A stretch of DNA of 64,000 nucleotides from the NCBI GenBank assembly GCA_963716255.1, contig OY970303.1, positions 2,592,001-2,656,000 of the forward strand, given 5' to 3'. Shown piece after piece: positions 60,234-64,000 of this stretch (positions are counted from its first letter, which is position 1; each line of letters opens with the position of its first letter). The DNA comes from an uncultured Gemmatimonadales bacterium. GTDB taxonomy: Bacteria; Gemmatimonadota; Gemmatimonadetes; Longimicrobiales; Longimicrobiaceae. The notes beneath the pieces are model-generated. The model saw nothing but the letters and a program-made list of their open reading frames with translations, was not told the origin of the DNA and made no database searches. Both the position numbers and the translations under genes were made by a program.

Positions 60234-63200
60234 ATGTGGATCTCCGATTTCGCCATCCGAAGGCCCATCATCACCATCGTCACCATGCTGGCGCTGGTGG
60301 TGTTCGGGGCCTTCGCGCTCGTCAACCTGGACACCGACGAGTTCCCCGAGGTGAACCCGCCGGTGGTCTCGGTGGCGCTCCCGTACCCGGGCGCCTCGCC
60401 GGACGTGGTGGAGCGCGAGGTGGTCGAGCCCATCGAGGAGGCGATCTCCTCCATCAGCGGCATCGACCGGATCACCTCGCAGTCGCTGGACGGCTTCGCC
60501 ATCGTCATCGCCGAGTTCGACTTCGACAAGGACATCCAGCAGGCCACGCAGGACATCCGCGACCAGATCTCGCAGATCCGCGGCGACCTGCCGCAGGAGC
60601 TGGAAGAGCCCATCCTGACGCGGTTCGATCCCAACGACCTGCCCATCATGGCGCTGTCGCTCACCTCGCCGCGGCTCACCGCGCCCGAGCTGACGCGGCT
60701 GGCGGACCCCGGGATCACCCGCGAGCTGCGCGGCATCGCCGGCGTGGCCGAGGTGGAGGTGGTGGGCGGGCTGGAGCGGGAGCTGGTGGTGGAGCTGCGC
60801 CCGCAGGCGCTGGCCGGCGCGGGGGTGAGCGTGGGGCAGGTGGTGCAGGCGGTGCAGACGCAGAACCTGGCCGCGCCCGTGGGGCGGCTGGAGGGAAGCC
60901 TGAGCGAGCGCACCATCCGCCTGCGCGGCAGGCTGGACACCCCCGCCGACTTCGCGCAGCTGGTGGTGTCTCAGCAGGGCGGGCGCATCGTGCGGCTGGG
61001 CGAGGTGGCCACCGTGCGCGACGGCACCGAGGAGCAGCGCACCCTGGCGCTCTTCAACGGCCGCGAGGCCGTGGGCATCAACATCACCAAGGCGCAGGGC
61101 TACAGCACCACGGCGGTCGCCTCGCAGGTGCTGGAGCGGGTGGAGGAGATCCAGCGCGGGGGCACCCTCCCCGCGGGGGTGCAGTTCCGGGTGGTGCAGA
61201 ACGCCGGCGAGCGGGTGGAAAGCTCGGTCCGCAACGTGGAGGAAACGCTGCTGGAAGGGGCCCTGCTCACCGTGCTGGTGGTGTTCCTGTTCCTGAACTC
61301 GTGGCGCTCCACGGTCATCACCGGCCTGGCGCTCCCCGTGTCGGTGCTCGCCAGCTTCGTGGCGGTGTGGGCGTACGGCTTCACCCTCAACACCATGTCG
61401 CTGCTGGGGCTGTCGCTGGCCATCGGCATCCTGATCGACGACGCCATCGTGGTGCGCGAGAACATCGTGCGGCACGTGGAGATGGGGAAGGACCACTACA
61501 CCGCGGCCCGCGAGGGCACCGCGGAGATCGGGCTGGCCGTGGCGGCCACCACCTTCTCCATCGTGGTGGTGTTCATCCCCATCGGCTTCATGAGCGGGAT
61601 GGCCGGGCAGTGGTTCAAGCCGCTGGCGCTCACCATCGCCTGCTCGGTGCTGGTGTCGCTGTTCGTGTCGTTCTCGCTGGACCCCATGCTCTCCGCCTAC
61701 TGGGCGGACCCCGAGCTGGAGCACCACGAGAAGAGCCGCATCACCCGGGCGCTGGAGCGCTTCAACCGCTGGTTCGACCGCCAGGCCGAGGGCTACAAGC
61801 GGGTGATCGGGTGGGCGCTGGACCACCGCATCGCCATGGTGGTGCTGGCCATCGGCTCCTTCTTCGGGGCGCTGGCGCTCCCGGCCACCGGGCTGGTGGG
61901 CGGCGAGTTCTTCCCGGTGCAGGACGTGTCCGAGTTCAACATCACCGTGGAAACGCCCCCGGGGTCCAACCTGGCCTTCGCGCGGCTCAAGGCGGAGGAG
62001 GCCGCGGCCATCGCCCGCGGCCACGAGGAGGTGGCGTACACCTTCACCACCATCGGCGGGCAGACCGGCGCGGTGGACGAGGCCAACGTGTACGTGCGGC
62101 TCGTCCCCAAGGCCGAGCGCAACGTGCACCAGAAGGACCTGGAGGCCCGCATCCGCGAGCAGCTCGCCGGGATGGGCGGGGCGACCGCCGGGGTGGCCGC
62201 GGGCGGCTTCGGCGGCCAGAAGCAGATCCAGATCCAGCTCCAGGGCCCCGACGTGGCGACGCTGAACCGGCTCGCCGAGCAGGTCATGGCCCAGGTGCGG
62301 CAGGTTCCCGGCGCGGTGGACGTGGGGCTGTCCACCAAGGGGCAGAAGCCGGAGCTGGACGTGGTGCTGAACCGCGGGGTGGCGGGGAGCCTGGGGGTCA
62401 CGGTGGGGCAGGTGGCGCAGGCGCTCCGGCCGGCCTTCGCCGGGATCGACGTGGGCGACTGGGTGGACCCGCAGAACCAGACCCGCGACGTCACGGTGCG
62501 CATCACGCCGGAGTCGCGCGAGCGGGTGGCCGACCTGGAGCGGCTCCCGCTGACGGTGCAGGGGCCGGAGGGCCCGGTGACGGTGCCGCTGGGGCAGGTG
62601 GCGCAGGTGCAGCAGAACCTGGGGCCCGCGCAGATCAACCGGCTCGACCGCGAGCGGGTGATCAACGTGGAGGCCAACACCCAGGGGCGTCCCCTCTCCG
62701 AGGTGGTGGCCGACATCACCACCCGCCTGGAGAGCGTCCCGGTGCCGGCGGGCTACCTGGTGTCGCAGGGCGGCGAGACCGAGGACCAGGGCGAGGTGTT
62801 CGGCCAGATCTTCGCCGCGCTGGGCATCGCGGTCATGCTGATGTACTTCGTGCTGGTGGTGCAGTTCGGCAGCTTCCTGGACCCGCTGGCGATCATGCTG
62901 TCGTTGCCGCTGTCGCTCATCGGGGTGATGCTGGCGCTGCTGTTCACGGGCTCCACGCTCAACATCATGAGCATGATCGGGGTGATCCTGCTGATGGGGC
63001 TGGTGGCAAAGAACGCCATCCTCCTCATCGACTTCGCCAAGTGGTCGCACGAGGCGGGGATGCCGCTGCGCGAGGCGCTGATCGAGGCAGGGCGCACGCG
63101 CCTGCGGCCCATCCTGATGACCACCTTCGCGCTGGTGGCGGGGATGCTACCGGTGGCGATGGGGACCGGCGAGGGCGCGGACTTCCGCGCGCCGCTGGGG

Positions 63201-63398
63201 CGGGCGGTGATCGGCGGGGTGATCACCTCCACCTTCCTGACGCTGCTGGTGATCCCCACCGTGTACGAGATCCTCAGCGAGTGGCGCGAGTGGATGATGC
63301 GGCGCGTGTTCCGCCGTGGCGCTGCAGCGGAGGGGCAGCACACCCATGCGGGCCGGCGCCACTCGTCCATGGAGCCGTCGTTCGAGCCGGGAGACTGA
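60234..63398 (+). CDS. RND efflux transporter permease (AcrB/AcrD/AcrF family)
   Basis: GILIDDAIVVRENI, AKNAILLIDF, RLRPILMTT. Confidence 0.96.
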   Translation: MWISDFAIRRPIITIVTMLALVVFGAFALVNLDTDEFPEVNPPVVSVALPYPGASPDVVEREVVEPIEEAISSISGIDRITSQSLDGFAIVIAEFDFDKDIQQATQDIRDQISQIRGDLPQELEEPILTRFDPNDLPIMALSLTSPRLTAPELTRLADPGITRELRGIAGVAEVEVVGGLERELVVELRPQALAGAGVSVGQVVQAVQTQNLAAPVGRLEGSLSERTIRLRGRLDTPADFAQLVVSQQGGRIVRLGEVATVRDGTEEQRTLALFNGREAVGINITKAQGYSTTAVASQVLERVEEIQRGGTLPAGVQFRVVQNAGERVESSVRNVEETLLEGALLTVLVVFLFLNSWRSTVITGLALPVSVLASFVAVWAYGFTLNTMSLLGLSLAIGILIDDAIVVRENIVRHVEMGKDHYTAAREGTAEIGLAVAATTFSIVVVFIPIGFMSGMAGQWFKPLALTIACSVLVSLFVSFSLDPMLSAYWADPELEHHEKSRITRALERFNRWFDRQAEGYKRVIGWALDHRIAMVVLAIGSFFGALALPATGLVGGEFFPVQDVSEFNITVETPPGSNLAFARLKAEEAAAIARGHEEVAYTFTTIGGQTGAVDEANVYVRLVPKAERNVHQKDLEARIREQLAGMGGATAGVAAGGFGGQKQIQIQLQGPDVATLNRLAEQVMAQVRQVPGAVDVGLSTKGQKPELDVVLNRGVAGSLGVTVGQVAQALRPAFAGIDVGDWVDPQNQTRDVTVRITPESRERVADLERLPLTVQGPEGPVTVPLGQVAQVQQNLGPAQINRLDRERVINVEANTQGRPLSEVVADITTRLESVPVPAGYLVSQGGETEDQGEVFGQIFAALGIAVMLMYFVLVVQFGSFLDPLAIMLSLPLSLIGVMLALLFTGSTLNIMSMIGVILLMGLVAKNAILLIDFAKWSHEAGMPLREALIEAGRTRLRPILMTTFALVAGMLPVAMGTGEGADFRAPLGRAVIGGVITSTFLTLLVIPTVYEILSEWREWMMRRVFRRGAAAEGQHTHAGRRHSSMEPSFEPGD

Positions 63399-63421
63399 AC
63401 GGCAACGACAACGACGGGTTC

Positions 63422-63549
63422 GGGCGTGCCCCCGGCTGGCGCCGGGGTCGGGCTTCGGCTCCGTAAGCCCGCAAACAACGCGGGCTAACGGAGTCGAGCC
63501 CCGGCAAACTGCGCCGGGTCTCGCCCCTTCGGGCCGAAAGCCCTCACGC
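63422..63549 (+). repeat. Structured dispersed repeat A, copy 10
   Basis: Begins 24 nt after the RND stop; hairpin 2 CCCGGC-AAACTGC-GCCGGG. Confidence 0.92.
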
Positions 63550-63738
63550 GGGGTTCGTGCTGGCGTCCGCAGGGGAGCAACCTGGCCGGCCCGGTGTATG
63601 CAGGCCGGCCGCGGGCGGGAGGTCCCGCCGCCGGCGCGCCGGGAGGCCCGACGACCGCAGAGTCGCCTCCGTTTCCTTGAGATGTTCATGCGGCCGGGCC
63701 CGGGGCTCCGGGTCCGGCAGTTTCTTTGGATAGCGCGG

Positions 63739-64000
63739 ATGCAGATGCAATCGAGAGTCACGGAGGCGCTGGACGCGGACGGCGGGCGGAGCTTTTCCCC
63801 CGTGGGGCCGGCGGGGCGCTTCCTGGGCAGGCTGGGCCGCCGCGCCGAGGGCATCGCGCGCCACGCGGGGCAGTTCGCCATGCTGGGGTGGGGGATCCTC
63901 GCGCTCACGTTCACCGGCAAGGTGTCGCTGCGCGAGGTCATGAAGCACGTGTACTGGATGGGGATCCAGAGCCTCCCCATCGTGCTGGTGACCTCCACCC
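63739..64000 (+). CDS. MlaE family ABC permease (runs off the window)
   Basis: Manual translation ends ...EVMKHVYWMGIQSLPIVLVTST, typical of the MlaE N-terminus. Confidence 0.75.
   Translation, partial: MQMQSRVTEALDADGGRSFSPVGPAGRFLGRLGRRAEGIARHAGQFAMLGWGILALTFTGKVSLREVMKHVYWMGIQSLPIVLVTST

Overview
A very GC-rich bacterial chromosomal window; gene content and style suggest Gemmatimonadota (Longimicrobium-like), which is an inference. It holds about 55 mostly housekeeping, envelope and regulatory genes: csp, murB, an ECF sigma/anti-sigma/DUF4097 operon, a divergent CBM48 anti-sigma-like/beta-barrel operon, nfuA, two histidine kinases, mutY, an RlmI-like methyltransferase, acs, sufCBD-Rieske-sufS-sufU-NYN, fadI, an mhq-like detox cluster, map, XPB helicase plus partner, an AttEFGH-like ABC system, a TolC-MFP-RND pump and the start of mlaE. 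I saw no rRNA, tRNA, CRISPR array, transposase or phage genes. The most striking signal is non-coding: a ~130-nt multi-helix element present in 10 full and 2 partial intergenic copies. Its stems covary extensively while its loops (AAACAAC, AAACWGCC) and junctions stay fixed. Most copies sit in sense orientation about 20-40 nt after a stop codon, and they combine with boxC-like palindromes into mosaics. A related single-copy structure with three copies of the same hairpin, a second structured element, and several well-formed promoters and operators (ECF, Fur-like, MhqR-like, TetR, GbsR, sigma54) are also visible. Protein family calls come from motif recognition only; no searches were run.
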